Of a DNA stretch of 64,000 nucleotides, positions 27,261 to 36,211 are shown in pieces. Numbering within the stretch: position 1 is the first letter of the stretch; each line of letters begins with the position of its first letter. Source of the DNA: a virus; the IMG/VR virus record IMGVR_UViG_3300046736_000122, positions 9,277 to 73,276 of that record; one strand, given 5' to 3'. The notes below the pieces were generated by a model. That model searched no databases. It was given only the letters and a program-made list of their open reading frames with translations, and had not been told where the DNA came from. The translations under genes were made by a program, and so were the position numbers.

Positions 27261-27964
27261 GCAAGCCGAAGCTCGCGGCCGTACCGCGAGAGCAGGAGTG
27301 GCTGAACCCGGCAGAACGCGACGAACTCCGGGCGCTCGAGTCCGCTATCGAACGCGGGCTCAAGACATTCATGGAGACAGGCGAGGCGCTCGCACGAGTC
27401 CGCGATCGTCGCCTCTACCGCGAGGGTCATGAAACCTTCGAGCAGTATTGCCAGGCGCGCTGGGGCTTCCGCCGGGAAGCGGCCGACCGGTATGTGCGGG
27501 CCGCGGCGGTCGTGCCGGTCCTCAATCCAACTGGATTGGCCCCACCGTCGACTGAGAGCGTGGCGCGTGAGCTCGCGCCGCTGCTGCCCGAGCCCGACAA
27601 GATGCGCGCTGTCTGGGTGGCCGTCGGACCGGACGCAACGGCAGCGCAGGTTCGTGCCGAGGTCAAGCGGCTAACCGCGCCGACGGTCGCGGACGAGCTG
27701 CCGGCCGAACCGCCGCGGCACCCGGGCGACGACATCCGGTTCTCTCGCATCGAGAACGCGGCTGACAGCCTCGTCACGCTGCCGGCACTCGACAAGCTCA
27801 TCTGGCCGGTCGAGCCGGGGGACGTCCGGCGGATGGATCTGGCGTTCGCGTTCTTGACGGAGTGGCTGCCGGCGGCGAAGGCGGCCTGGAAGGCGCACAA
27901 GGCGCTGTTGGCGAAGGCGGCGCGTCAGGAGCGCGACGCCAAGCGCGGGCTGAGGGCCGCGTGA
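27257..27964 (+). CDS. Putative DNA-binding protein (DUF3102-like N-terminus)
   Basis: IERGLKTFMETGEALARVRDRRLYR..TFEQYCQARWG. Confidence 0.7.
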   Translation: MSKPKLAAVPREQEWLNPAERDELRALESAIERGLKTFMETGEALARVRDRRLYREGHETFEQYCQARWGFRREAADRYVRAAAVVPVLNPTGLAPPSTESVARELAPLLPEPDKMRAVWVAVGPDATAAQVRAEVKRLTAPTVADELPAEPPRHPGDDIRFSRIENAADSLVTLPALDKLIWPVEPGDVRRMDLAFAFLTEWLPAAKAAWKAHKALLAKAARQERDAKRGLRAA

Positions 27965-28034
27965 TGGGGAAGGCGGGGAACACCGTCACGTTCGGGAAGC
28001 CGCGCGCAGTCGAGGCGATATGGGGGCCGCGGCC

Positions 28035-28298
28035 ATGATGGTCAACCCTCCAATTCAGCTGGAGCCCGGCTACTTCGAGTTTCGCGTGAACTGGGACGCC
28101 GCGGACCTGATGCAGATGACCGGCGCGCAGTTGGACAGGCTGCATGAGGCGGTCGGGGCGTTCGTCGTCATCGCGGCTGAGGTAGGCGACGGCTACGACA
28201 AGGCGGCGATGCTGAAAGCGGCAGAAGAGGGGCCTAACCTTGTGCCGCGTCGCCACGCGGTCATGGAAAACGTGGTCGTGGTCGGCGACACGGGCTAG
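28035..28298 (+). CDS. Hypothetical protein
   Basis: Starts in CGGCCATGA. Confidence 0.55.
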   Translation: MMVNPPIQLEPGYFEFRVNWDAADLMQMTGAQLDRLHEAVGAFVVIAAEVGDGYDKAAMLKAAEEGPNLVPRRHAVMENVVVVGDTG

Positions 28299-28305
28299 TC
28301 AGGCC

Positions 28306-28950
28306 ATGGGCGAGCCATCGGACGCGGCAAGCCATGCGCCGGTCCCCGGCAAGTGCAACGCGCGCAAGAAAGCCAGCCGCGGCGGCGGCCTCTGCGGAGC
28401 GCCTGCCGGGCGCGGCACGGACCACCCAGGGATTGGGGCATGTTCGGCTCACCTGGGCAACGTGGCGAACCACAGGACTGCCGCGGATCGCGAGCAGGCC
28501 CGGCAAGCCTGTGCGCTCTTCGGCCTCGCGACGAGCGCGGCGATCGATCCGGCGGAAGCGCTGCTTGGCGAGGTCACTCGCACGCACATGGCGATCTTGT
28601 ACTACGAGGCCGAGATCGCGCTGTTGCCCGAGGATGAGCAGGGCCGCTTCCGTTTGTACCGCCAGACGCGGCATGCGTCGGGCGAGAAGACGGGGGAGGC
28701 GAAGCCGCATGTTCTCGTGGTGTTGTGGATGGCGGAGCGCAAGCATCTCGCGGAGGTGACGTCGAAGGCGTTGAGTGCGGGGGTGGCGCAGCGGACATTG
28801 GAGTTGCAGGAGGGGATCGCGCGGCAGGTGTCGTCGATTTTGGCGCGGCAGGCTCGGTTGCTTGGGCATGACCCGGATTCTGCTGCGGTGCGGTTGGCGT
28901 CGCGGCAGGCGTTGGAGCTTGAGGCGGGGGACGGAAGAGCCGCGGCGTAG
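28306..28950 (+). CDS. Probable terminase small subunit
   Basis: KCNA..CGAPAGRGTDHPGIGACSAHLG motif of actinophage TerS-type proteins; upstream of TerL. Confidence 0.7.
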   Translation: MGEPSDAASHAPVPGKCNARKKASRGGGLCGAPAGRGTDHPGIGACSAHLGNVANHRTAADREQARQACALFGLATSAAIDPAEALLGEVTRTHMAILYYEAEIALLPEDEQGRFRLYRQTRHASGEKTGEAKPHVLVVLWMAERKHLAEVTSKALSAGVAQRTLELQEGIARQVSSILARQARLLGHDPDSAAVRLASRQALELEAGDGRAAA

Positions 28951-28977
28951 AACCTTCGCTCTAGGGCGCGCGAAGGA

Positions 28978-29334
28978 TCAGCCTGGCGTTACCGCGTAGC
29001 GCTTGCGGACACCCTCGCTTGTCCGCCCAAGCGCCACCGCGATCATGTGCCACGACCGCCCGGCCTCACGCGCCTGTGCCACCAGCACCGGCTCGCGCGC
29101 GTCCTGCCGATCACGGTCTGCGGCGAGCGCGGCGAGCTCGTCAAGGGGATCGGTGGCGGCCTGCATCGTGTCGCGGATGTGCCGGCACGTCCCGGTCGCC
29201 TCGCACGTGCAAGTCGCGTTCTCGCCGGCGATGGTCACGAGGTGCATGTGCCCGGGCCGCGAGCGGGATTGTGCGACGTAGACTTGTGCGCCGTGCAGGC
29301 GTTGGATTGGTGCGTTGATGTCGAGCAGCGTCAT
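28978..29334 (-). CDS. SWIM Zn finger + HTH protein
   Basis: ATCTCEATGTCRHI; AREAGRSWHMIAVALGRTSEGVRKRY. Confidence 0.75.
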   Translation of the reverse strand: MTLLDINAPIQRLHGAQVYVAQSRSRPGHMHLVTIAGENATCTCEATGTCRHIRDTMQAATDPLDELAALAADRDRQDAREPVLVAQAREAGRSWHMIAVALGRTSEGVRKRYAVTPG

Positions 29335-29528
29335 CGCTCGCTCTCTCTGCGCGCCTGGCTGTCGGCGACGAAATCTTCCCAGCCGGCTGGCGGCGCGATC
29401 TCGCCCTTCAGCACTCGGACACCGTCGCTGGTGCTGCCGCATGCCTTGATGAACGTGCCGTAGCGCTCGATCACATCGTCCAGAGCCAGCTGGATGTAGT
29501 AGGTGATGCCCTTCCCAGTAGATTCCAT
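29331..29528 (-). CDS. Hypothetical protein, leaderless
   Basis: ATG 6 nt after TAGAAT; ATGA-coupled to the HTH gene. Confidence 0.7.
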   Translation of the reverse strand: MESTGKGITYYIQLALDDVIERYGTFIKACGSTSDGVRVLKGEIAPPAGWEDFVADSQARRESER

Positions 29529-29534
29529 GCACCT

Positions 29535-29563
29535 ATTCTAGTTGGCAACTGCGTGCGGGTCAA
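29535..29563 (-). promoter_or_regulatory. Sigma-A promoter TTGACC-N17-TAGAAT with palindrome AGTTGcCAACT
   Basis: Near-consensus boxes; palindrome 29540-29550 in spacer. Confidence 0.8.
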
Positions 29564-29595
29564 GGCTGTAACTGGCCTCGGCTGCCGGTCGACCG

Positions 29596-29604
29596 TGGTA
29601 TAAC
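29596..29604 (+). promoter_or_regulatory. Extended -10 TGGTATAAC, divergent leaderless promoter
   Basis: ATG 29612 lies 7 nt downstream. Confidence 0.55.
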
Positions 29605-29611
29605 ACGATGT

Positions 29612-29839
29612 ATGCCAATCGAACTCACGAGCGAGCAAGCCGCGGCGATCGGCAATGTGCTCGAAACGGCGGACAACTACTGCTGTGTCTGCGCGGCGAA
29701 CCTCGCGGCGGAGATGGCCGCGATCTGTCCGGGCCACGACTGGCTTGTCCTCGTCGGCGGGGAGCATGACGACGACGGGCCGCTTGTCGATCTGGCCTCG
29801 GGTGGCCGCGTGGTCTACGGGGCGCCGGATGGCGCGTAA
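29612..29839 (+). CDS. Hypothetical protein
   Basis: Leaderless start; ADNYCCVCA. Confidence 0.6.
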   Translation: MPIELTSEQAAAIGNVLETADNYCCVCAANLAAEMAAICPGHDWLVLVGGEHDDDGPLVDLASGGRVVYGAPDGA

Positions 29840-30074
29840 GCAACTCGGGATGGTCGACGACGACCTGCTCGCCCGGGTCGATGCGTGCGCGCTCACGCTC
29901 GGGCAGACGCGGCGCGTGTTCACGGAGCGGGCGTTGGAGGCGTGGCTGAAGGATTCGGAGGGCGATCCTGCCGCGGTCATGGAGCGCCGGATCCTCGCGG
30001 CCCGTGCCGCCCGCGAGACTGCGGCGATGGCCCGTCAGCGCAAACTCAACGAGGCGAAGCGAGGGAAGACATGA
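29829..30074 (+). CDS. Ribbon-helix-helix (CopG-like) protein
   Basis: VDDDLLARVDACA..GQTRRVFTERALEAWL. Confidence 0.7.
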   Translation: MARKQLGMVDDDLLARVDACALTLGQTRRVFTERALEAWLKDSEGDPAAVMERRILAARAARETAAMARQRKLNEAKRGKT

Positions 30075-30113
30075 GTGCCTTGCCGGCCACGAAGCCGATC
30101 CCGAAGGGGAAGC

Positions 30114-30486
30114 GATGAGCCGCGCCGCGCAGGTCTGGACGCGCTTCAACCCGCCGCGCGAGCCGATGCAGATGGCGGCTGTTGCGCCGCAAGACTTCGC
30201 GTGGTTCGCGTTCGCAGCTGACGAGCAGGTCCAGGCGGTCGAGGTCCGCGACGAAGGTGAGCGGCACGTCACGGTCACGCACGCGGCAGGCGACTGCATC
30301 GGCGCGGCTGGAATGCTGCGCCATCGCCTCCTCCAGTGGCACAACACCGACTACGGCCTGACGGACGAGCAGCTGGTTGCCTGCGCGGCCGAAGCGCGCG
30401 CCTACGTCGGCGGCAGACGGCTGAGTTGGACGACGATCGCGGCTGACCGTATTCGCGCCGCAGCCGAACCTCCGGCGCGGCCATGA
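30114..30486 (+). CDS. Hypothetical protein (start approximate)
   Basis: MSRAAQVW..; ends ARP in CGGCCATGA overlapping TerL start. Confidence 0.55.
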
Positions 30487-32135
30487 CCCTCCCCGCCTGG
30501 GCCGCATTGGCGGCCGACTACCGCGACCCACCCGACGACGACGGCAGCGATCGTGAGCTCGCCCTCCGCTGCTCACGCGATCTGCGGGTGTTCATCCGGG
30601 AGGCCTGGCCGATCCTCGAGCCCGCCAGGCCGTTCGTTGGGAACTGGCACATCGACTGCGTTGCCGAGCACCTGATGGCGGTCAGCGCGGGGGAGATGCC
30701 GCGACTGCTGATCAACCAGCCGCCGAACACGACGAAGAGCGTCACGACGGCCGTGTGCTGGTCGGCGTGGGAGTGGATCGACTCGCCGCACCTGCGCTGG
30801 ATGTTCGCCTCCTACGCCGAGAAGTTCGCGTTGCGGGACTCACGCAAGCAGCGCGACCTCATCGCCAGCCGCGGCGGCAAGCCCGACGGCCGGCTGTTTC
30901 AGCGCCGCGGCTACCAGGGCCTTCTCGCTCTCCTCGGCAAGTCGTGGCAGTTGTCGTCCGACCAGAACGCGAAGGGCCGCTACGACACGACGGCGGGCGG
31001 CATGCGGCTCGCTACCGCGATCCGTGGCCAGGCGACGGGCGATCACGCCGACCGCATCGTTGTCGACGACCCGCTGAATCCCGAGCAGGCGTACTCGCAG
31101 GTCGACCGCGAGCGCGTGAACCGCTGGTGGGACGGCACGATGAAGAGCCGCTTCATCGACGACAAGGCCACGGCCGTCATCGTCGCCCAGCGCCTTCACG
31201 AGAACGACCTGCCCGGCTACCTGCTCGCGCAGGACGCGGGGTGGCATCACCTGTGTCTGCCGGCGGAGTACATCCCAAGCCACCAGTTCACCTACCCAGC
31301 GAAGGTGCGGCTGGCGTCTGGCCGGGAGATCGACGGCGACCCGCGCACCGAGCCGGGCGAGCTGCTTGACCCGGTGCGGCTGAGCGAGGCCGCGCTCGCC
31401 GAACATCGCGGCAACTCGTTCGTCTTCGCCGGCCAGTTCCAGCAGCAGCCGGCGCCGGAGGGCGGCGGCATGTTCAAGCGCGACTGGTTCGAGCCGCGCT
31501 GGCAACCCGGCTTCGACCGCTACCTCGAGCTTGGCTTCGACCGGGTCATCCAGTCGTGGGATATGGCGTTCAAGGACACGAAGGGCTCAGACTTCGTTGT
31601 CGGCCAGGTGTGGGGATTCCACGGCGCCGACTGCTACCTGCTCGCGCAGGTCCGTGGTCGCTTCGAGTTCTCCGTCACGCTGCACGTCTTCCGTGCGTTG
31701 ACAGCGTTCGAGCCGCGCGCGATCGCCAAGCTCGTCGAGGACAAGGCGAACGGGCCGGCGGTCATCAGCGCGCTGCGACACGAGATCCGCGGCATCATCC
31801 CGTACACCCCGAAGGACAGCAAGCCGGCGCGCGCTCGCGCCGTGACGCCGCTGTTCGAGGCGCGCAACGTCGTGCTGCCCGCGGCTGACACGATCCCGTG
31901 CCCGGAGTTCTACATGGACGAGCGCGGCCGTCGGCACGAGATCCCGCCGACGACGGTCAGCGACTACATCCACGAGTTGGCGGTCTTCGATTCCGGCGCG
32001 AATGACGATCAGGTCGACGCGACGTCGCAGGCGCTTGAGTGGGCGAACCCGATGCCGCGTGCACCCGAGCCCGATGAGCCACGGCAGGGTGTGGCTGAGA
32101 CTCCGATGTCGGGAATCTTGGGCGTGAAGTGGTGA
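30483..32135 (+). CDS. terL: Terminase large subunit
   Basis: INQPPNTTKS Walker A variant, IVVDDP, QRLHENDL, QSWDMAFK, EDKANG, DDQVDA. Confidence 0.93.
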   Translation: MTLPAWAALAADYRDPPDDDGSDRELALRCSRDLRVFIREAWPILEPARPFVGNWHIDCVAEHLMAVSAGEMPRLLINQPPNTTKSVTTAVCWSAWEWIDSPHLRWMFASYAEKFALRDSRKQRDLIASRGGKPDGRLFQRRGYQGLLALLGKSWQLSSDQNAKGRYDTTAGGMRLATAIRGQATGDHADRIVVDDPLNPEQAYSQVDRERVNRWWDGTMKSRFIDDKATAVIVAQRLHENDLPGYLLAQDAGWHHLCLPAEYIPSHQFTYPAKVRLASGREIDGDPRTEPGELLDPVRLSEAALAEHRGNSFVFAGQFQQQPAPEGGGMFKRDWFEPRWQPGFDRYLELGFDRVIQSWDMAFKDTKGSDFVVGQVWGFHGADCYLLAQVRGRFEFSVTLHVFRALTAFEPRAIAKLVEDKANGPAVISALRHEIRGIIPYTPKDSKPARARAVTPLFEARNVVLPAADTIPCPEFYMDERGRRHEIPPTTVSDYIHELAVFDSGANDDQVDATSQALEWANPMPRAPEPDEPRQGVAETPMSGILGVKW

Positions 32136-32374
32136 TCGCCGTCTACGTGAGTGTGGAGCGTCAGGACGCCGACCTGTTCGCCGCGCAGGCGTACGCGCAC
32201 TGCGCCCTGCCGTTCGTGCCCGCGCCGGGCGACACGTTCTACATCGACAGCGACAGCGGCGGCATGACGGTCCTTCGCCGCGAATGCACGGCCGGCGACG
32301 AGCAGGCGACGATCGTGGTGGACGGCGCGGGATGGTCGCTCGACGAGTTGCGTGACGCCGGGTTCGTGGTCTGA
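32132..32374 (+). CDS. Hypothetical protein
   Basis: GTGA-coupled; LPFVPAPGD. Confidence 0.6.
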   Translation: MIAVYVSVERQDADLFAAQAYAHCALPFVPAPGDTFYIDSDSGGMTVLRRECTAGDEQATIVVDGAGWSLDELRDAGFVV

Positions 32375-32392
32375 ACCGCCGGGCCGCGGCGA

Positions 32393-32423
32393 TGGACTCG
32401 CGCGGCTGTCCCGCGCCTAGCGT
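32393..32423 (+). promoter_or_regulatory. Promoter-like TGGACT-N19-TAGCGT, leaderless
   Basis: Same boxes and spacing at 37201-37231; ATG 32430 6 nt downstream. Confidence 0.6.
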
Positions 32424-32429
32424 TCGGCT

Positions 32430-32681
32430 ATGGCCACTGGCTACGAGAGGCATGCGGAGAAGCACGGCCGGTGGCGAGGAAACGACGTGCTGTTCGACCC
32501 GCACGCGTCGACCTACGGGCGCTGGCGGCCCAAGCCCGGCATCTCACCGAGCTACGCCGCGCACAAAGCCACGCAGGAGCGCGGCCGTCGATGCCGCGCC
32601 GCGCGGGCGGCTGCTGACCTCGCCGCTACCTCTGCGTTGGCCTGGCTCGAACGTCGTGGTGACACCGTGGCGCTGCCGTGA
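32430..32681 (+). CDS. Hypothetical protein
   Basis: Leaderless start; GTGA-coupled. Confidence 0.55.
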   Translation: MATGYERHAEKHGRWRGNDVLFDPHASTYGRWRPKPGISPSYAAHKATQERGRRCRAARAAADLAATSALAWLERRGDTVALP

Positions 32682-32872
32682 CGCGGCTGCGGGAGGTCGG
32701 CAAGGGGCTGTTCTACGGCCTCGCTCCGTGGTGGCTGTACGAGCGCGAGTGCCACTACGCCGGCTGGTCGTATCGCGAACATCTCGCTGAGAATCTGCGC
32801 CTCGCGTGGCGATGGGCGACGTGGCGCGAGACGAAGGGCGACCGCGAGTTCGCCGCCGAGGCATCCTCGTGA
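32678..32872 (+). CDS. Hypothetical Trp-rich protein
   Basis: Coupled at both ends. Confidence 0.55.
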   Translation: MTRLREVGKGLFYGLAPWWLYERECHYAGWSYREHLAENLRLAWRWATWRETKGDREFAAEASS

Positions 32873-35800
32873 CCACCCGCCGGCTCGACCTCGCCGCCGC
32901 GGCAGCCAACGTCAAGGCCGCGGCCAGCGGCCCCCTCGACCAGAAGTCAAGCGTCTTCCCCGAACTCACCGGCTTCAGCGGACTGCCAGGGTGGTCGTAC
33001 TTCATCCCGCAGGAACGCGAACTCTCCGAGGCATGGCGTGGCCGCAAGCGTCTCGAAACGGTCGACGAGATGCTCAACCACTATCAGGTGGCAGCGTGCT
33101 GGCAGGCCGTGCGGTTGCCGGTCCACCGGTACGTCATTGAGCTTGCGCCGCGCCGCGCGAACATCGTCGACGCTGACCTCATCGCCTCGGACCTCGATGT
33201 CCCGCTGCAAGGCCACGAGGACACATCAGACCGCGATCGTGACGAGGAGGACTTCAGCCAGCGCCGCCACCTCGACCGCGCACTGGACGCCGTCACGATC
33301 GGCCACGCGGTGTTCGAGCAGGTCGGCTACATCGACCAGGCCGGCACGTGGCGGCTACGCGATCTCGCGCCGGTGCCGCAGTGGACGCTCGACGACGCGT
33401 CGTGGAAGGTAGACAAGCACGGCAAGTTGCTGGAGGTCGTGCAGTATGGCGCGACACCGGAGGTGCGCATCCCGGCCGATCATCTCGCCGTGTTCACGTG
33501 GCAGGGGGCACCGGGCGACTTCCGCGGACGGTCGATCCTCAGGCCGTTGACGGCGCCGTGGATGCTGTCGGACCGCGGGATGCGCGTGACGGGGATGGCG
33601 ATGGAACGCACCGGCATGGGGATCCCGGTCGGCAAGGTCGGGATGGGCGCCGGGGTGCAGGCCAAGCAGGACATGGAACGGCTGCTGCGCAACCTCGCGG
33701 CCGGCGAGAACACGAACCTCGTGCTCGAAACGGACGAGGACATTCAGAAATCGATGATGCTGATGGGTGTCACGGGCTCAACCCCGGATCTCGTCGGGAT
33801 CCTGCGCCACTGGGATGAAGCGATCGCCCGCGCGATGCTCGCGTCGTTGCTGCAACTCGGGTCGACGGAGACGGGTAGCCGCGCGCTCGGCGAGACGTTC
33901 GACGACCTGCTGTCGATGTTTCACGACACGGTCGTCACGTGGTACTGCGACGCGATGAACCGGCTCGTGCGGCTGTGGATGATTCGCAACCGTGGGCCGG
34001 ATGCGCCGCGACCGATGCTTGTGTGGAAGCGCCGCGACGACGAGGGCGTGCCAGCACCCGCTCCCGCCGACACGCCACCCGTTCCCGCCGGCCCCACGCC
34101 CGTGGCAGCCAAGCGCCGCCCGATGACCGCCGCGGCCCGCCACGAACGCAAGGCGAAGGCGACACGCACCGCGTTCGCTCAGGCCGCCGGCCGGGACCTT
34201 CGCCGCGACCCGACCCCGGCCGAGCTCGCGGCGGGCACCGACTTCTCACGGCTCGAGCGCGAGCACGTCGCGGCGAGAGAAGACCTCGCGGCGGTGTTGC
34301 TGCGCGAGCGCGATGACCTCGCCGCGCGCGCGGTCGAGATCATCGCCGCGATGCCGACCGTCGACCCGCTCACGTTGGGTGCTGTTCTCGGCCCGCAGCT
34401 CGCCGGTCACGCGGCCGGGATGGACACTGGTCCGCTCGTCACGCTGCTCGAAGCATCGGCCGCGCAAGGCCAGGCGCAGGTGGTCGCGGAGGCGGCCACG
34501 CAGGGCGTCACGATCACGCCCGACGTCGACTACGCGGCGCGCGCGGCCGTCGAGGCGAACGAGCTTCAGCGCCGCATGGCGGTGCAGGTGACGGAGGCGT
34601 GTGCGGCGGCGGCGAAGACGATCGTTCCTGCCGCGCCGGCGGTGCGGGCTCGCCGCGGCTTCATGTCGAAGCTTCGCCCGCCCGCGCGGCTGGCAACGAT
34701 CGAGGCGGGCACGATCGAGGACTTTCTGTCGTCGCTGTCCCCCGCCGCGGCCGAACAGGCTGCGGCGGGAGCGACATCGAGGGCGAACGGTGGCGGACGG
34801 TTCGGCGCGATCGCGTCCGCGCCGACGCAAGCTGTCTACGCAAGCGAACTGCTTGACGAGAACACGTGCGTCGCTCCCGACGCACTCGTGATGACGGCTG
34901 AAGGCGAGAAGCCGGCTGCCGAGATCACGCTACGGGATCGCCTCCTCACGCACGCAGGGCGGTACATCGCACCATCGGCCATCGTGCCGTCAGATGCGAA
35001 GGGTGAGCTGGTCCGGGTGCTGGTAGGGGGTCGCACGCTTCGGGCGACGCCCGACCACCGCGTGCTTGTCGTCCGGGGGAATAGCCTCGCCTGGCGCGAG
35101 GCGGGCGAACTGCTCGTGGGCGATCTCATGGTCAGCGAGGCGACTGCGCAGACGGGCAGCGAACCCATCAGCCATGATGTCCGACTCGGGGATGCGCCAC
35201 ACGGTGAGCCCCCGCGACTCAAGGTCGGCGGTTTTGCGCCGGTCAGCATCGGGCCGCAGCGAGTGCCAGTAGGTGCCGTCCGCTTCGATGACGACCGCGC
35301 CGAGGAGGAAGTCCACGACCCACGGCCCGACCTGGGCCTGGGCGGTGTGGCGCAGGCGCGCCACTTCAAGGATCTCGCGGACGACGCGCTCGATACTCGT
35401 CTCGGCATCGCTGGCGACGTAGCATCGTCGCGAGCAGTACCGCTTGCGCGACTCGGCGGACGGCACTATGCGGATGGTCTTCCCGCAGTGCTGACAGTCG
35501 ATAAGGACCGGCGGCCTACGGCAGGCTTCGCAGCAGTGACGGCGCGGCGTCTTCCGCCCGTGGCGGAAGGGGGCCCCGCATCGCTCGCAGGTTGCGTCGC
35601 GTCCACGGTGGGCGTTCGAGCAGGCGCGGGTGCAGTAGTTGTAGCGAGGCGCGTTGGACGCGGGGATGTCGAAGTTCGTTCCGCATCCGACGCATGTCTT
35701 CGTCACGCGGTGGCGTGGGCGGCCCGGGTAACTCGCGTGGTCCTTAGAGCGACAGGCGTGCGAGCAGTACTTGGCCCTACGTCGTTGTCTGCCAGTGATC

Positions 35801-36204
35801 TCGGCGCCGCATCGCTTACAGATCGGCGTGGGCCGATGAGCGTTCCGGCTTGTCCACCGTGCGACCGCGGCACAAGATCTACAGCGCTGACCGGTGACGA
35901 CGGGCTTGCCGCAGTCCATACACGTCTTGTCCATAAGAAGATGGTACTAATGCGCGTGGACGCGACGACGGTCACGCGATACGTGGGTCGCGTCTTCGAC
36001 TTCACGATCCCCGGCGATCACACGTTCTTCGCGGAAGGTGTCCTTGTGCACAACTGCGGCCCGTGCGCGGATGTCGACGGCCGCGAGTACGAGTCGATCG
36101 AGGACGCGATGCTGGACTATCCGAGCCTCGGCGGGTTCTTCGACTGCGAGGGCGGCGAGCGTTGTCGCGGGACGGCGGTTGCCGTGTTCGAGGGCGAGGT
36201 CTAG
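32869..36204 (+). CDS. Portal protein (Mu gp29/DUF935-like) fused to MuF-like head morphogenesis domain, intein-containing
   Basis: GRSILRP, ERTGMGIPVG, TGSRALG; MuF motif SELLDENT|CGPC..DG..CEGGERCRG restored on splicing; follows TerL. Confidence 0.85.
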   Translation: MTTRRLDLAAAAANVKAAASGPLDQKSSVFPELTGFSGLPGWSYFIPQERELSEAWRGRKRLETVDEMLNHYQVAACWQAVRLPVHRYVIELAPRRANIVDADLIASDLDVPLQGHEDTSDRDRDEEDFSQRRHLDRALDAVTIGHAVFEQVGYIDQAGTWRLRDLAPVPQWTLDDASWKVDKHGKLLEVVQYGATPEVRIPADHLAVFTWQGAPGDFRGRSILRPLTAPWMLSDRGMRVTGMAMERTGMGIPVGKVGMGAGVQAKQDMERLLRNLAAGENTNLVLETDEDIQKSMMLMGVTGSTPDLVGILRHWDEAIARAMLASLLQLGSTETGSRALGETFDDLLSMFHDTVVTWYCDAMNRLVRLWMIRNRGPDAPRPMLVWKRRDDEGVPAPAPADTPPVPAGPTPVAAKRRPMTAAARHERKAKATRTAFAQAAGRDLRRDPTPAELAAGTDFSRLEREHVAAREDLAAVLLRERDDLAARAVEIIAAMPTVDPLTLGAVLGPQLAGHAAGMDTGPLVTLLEASAAQGQAQVVAEAATQGVTITPDVDYAARAAVEANELQRRMAVQVTEACAAAAKTIVPAAPAVRARRGFMSKLRPPARLATIEAGTIEDFLSSLSPAAAEQAAAGATSRANGGGRFGAIASAPTQAVYASELLDENTCVAPDALVMTAEGEKPAAEITLRDRLLTHAGRYIAPSAIVPSDAKGELVRVLVGGRTLRATPDHRVLVVRGNSLAWREAGELLVGDLMVSEATAQTGSEPISHDVRLGDAPHGEPPRLKVGGFAPVSIGPQRVPVGAVRFDDDRAEEEVHDPRPDLGLGGVAQARHFKDLADDALDTRLGIAGDVASSRAVPLARLGGRHYADGLPAVLTVDKDRRPTAGFAAVTARRLPPVAEGGPASLAGCVASTVGVRAGAGAVVVARRVGRGDVEVRSASDACLRHAVAWAARVTRVVLRATGVRAVLGPTSLSASDLGAASLTDRRGPMSVPACPPCDRGTRSTALTGDDGLAAVHTRLVHKKMVLMRVDATTVTRYVGRVFDFTIPGDHTFFAEGVLVHNCGPCADVDGREYESIEDAMLDYPSLGGFFDCEGGERCRGTAVAVFEGEV
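34867..36054 (+). mobile_element. Intein (396 aa)
   Basis: Block A CVAPDALV, block B TPDHRV, block F VFDFTIPGDHTFFA, block G LVHN followed by Cys+1. Confidence 0.92.
34990..35934 (-). CDS. Zn-finger repeat + DUF559/Vsr-like endonuclease nested antisense inside the intein
   Basis: Five CxxC..(Y/H)CxxxC-type units then ETSIE..VDFLL..VIEADGTYWH..DRRKT..RGLTVWRIPE; TACCAT -10 six nt before ATG. Confidence 0.88.
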   Translation of the reverse strand: MDKTCMDCGKPVVTGQRCRSCAAVARWTSRNAHRPTPICKRCGAEITGRQRRRAKYCSHACRSKDHASYPGRPRHRVTKTCVGCGTNFDIPASNAPRYNYCTRACSNAHRGRDATCERCGAPFRHGRKTPRRHCCEACRRPPVLIDCQHCGKTIRIVPSAESRKRYCSRRCYVASDAETSIERVVREILEVARLRHTAQAQVGPWVVDFLLGAVVIEADGTYWHSLRPDADRRKTADLESRGLTVWRIPESDIMADGFAARLRSRLADHEIAHEQFARLAPGEAIPPDDKHAVVGRRPKRATPYQHPDQLTLRI

Positions 36205-36211
36205 TCCAGGT

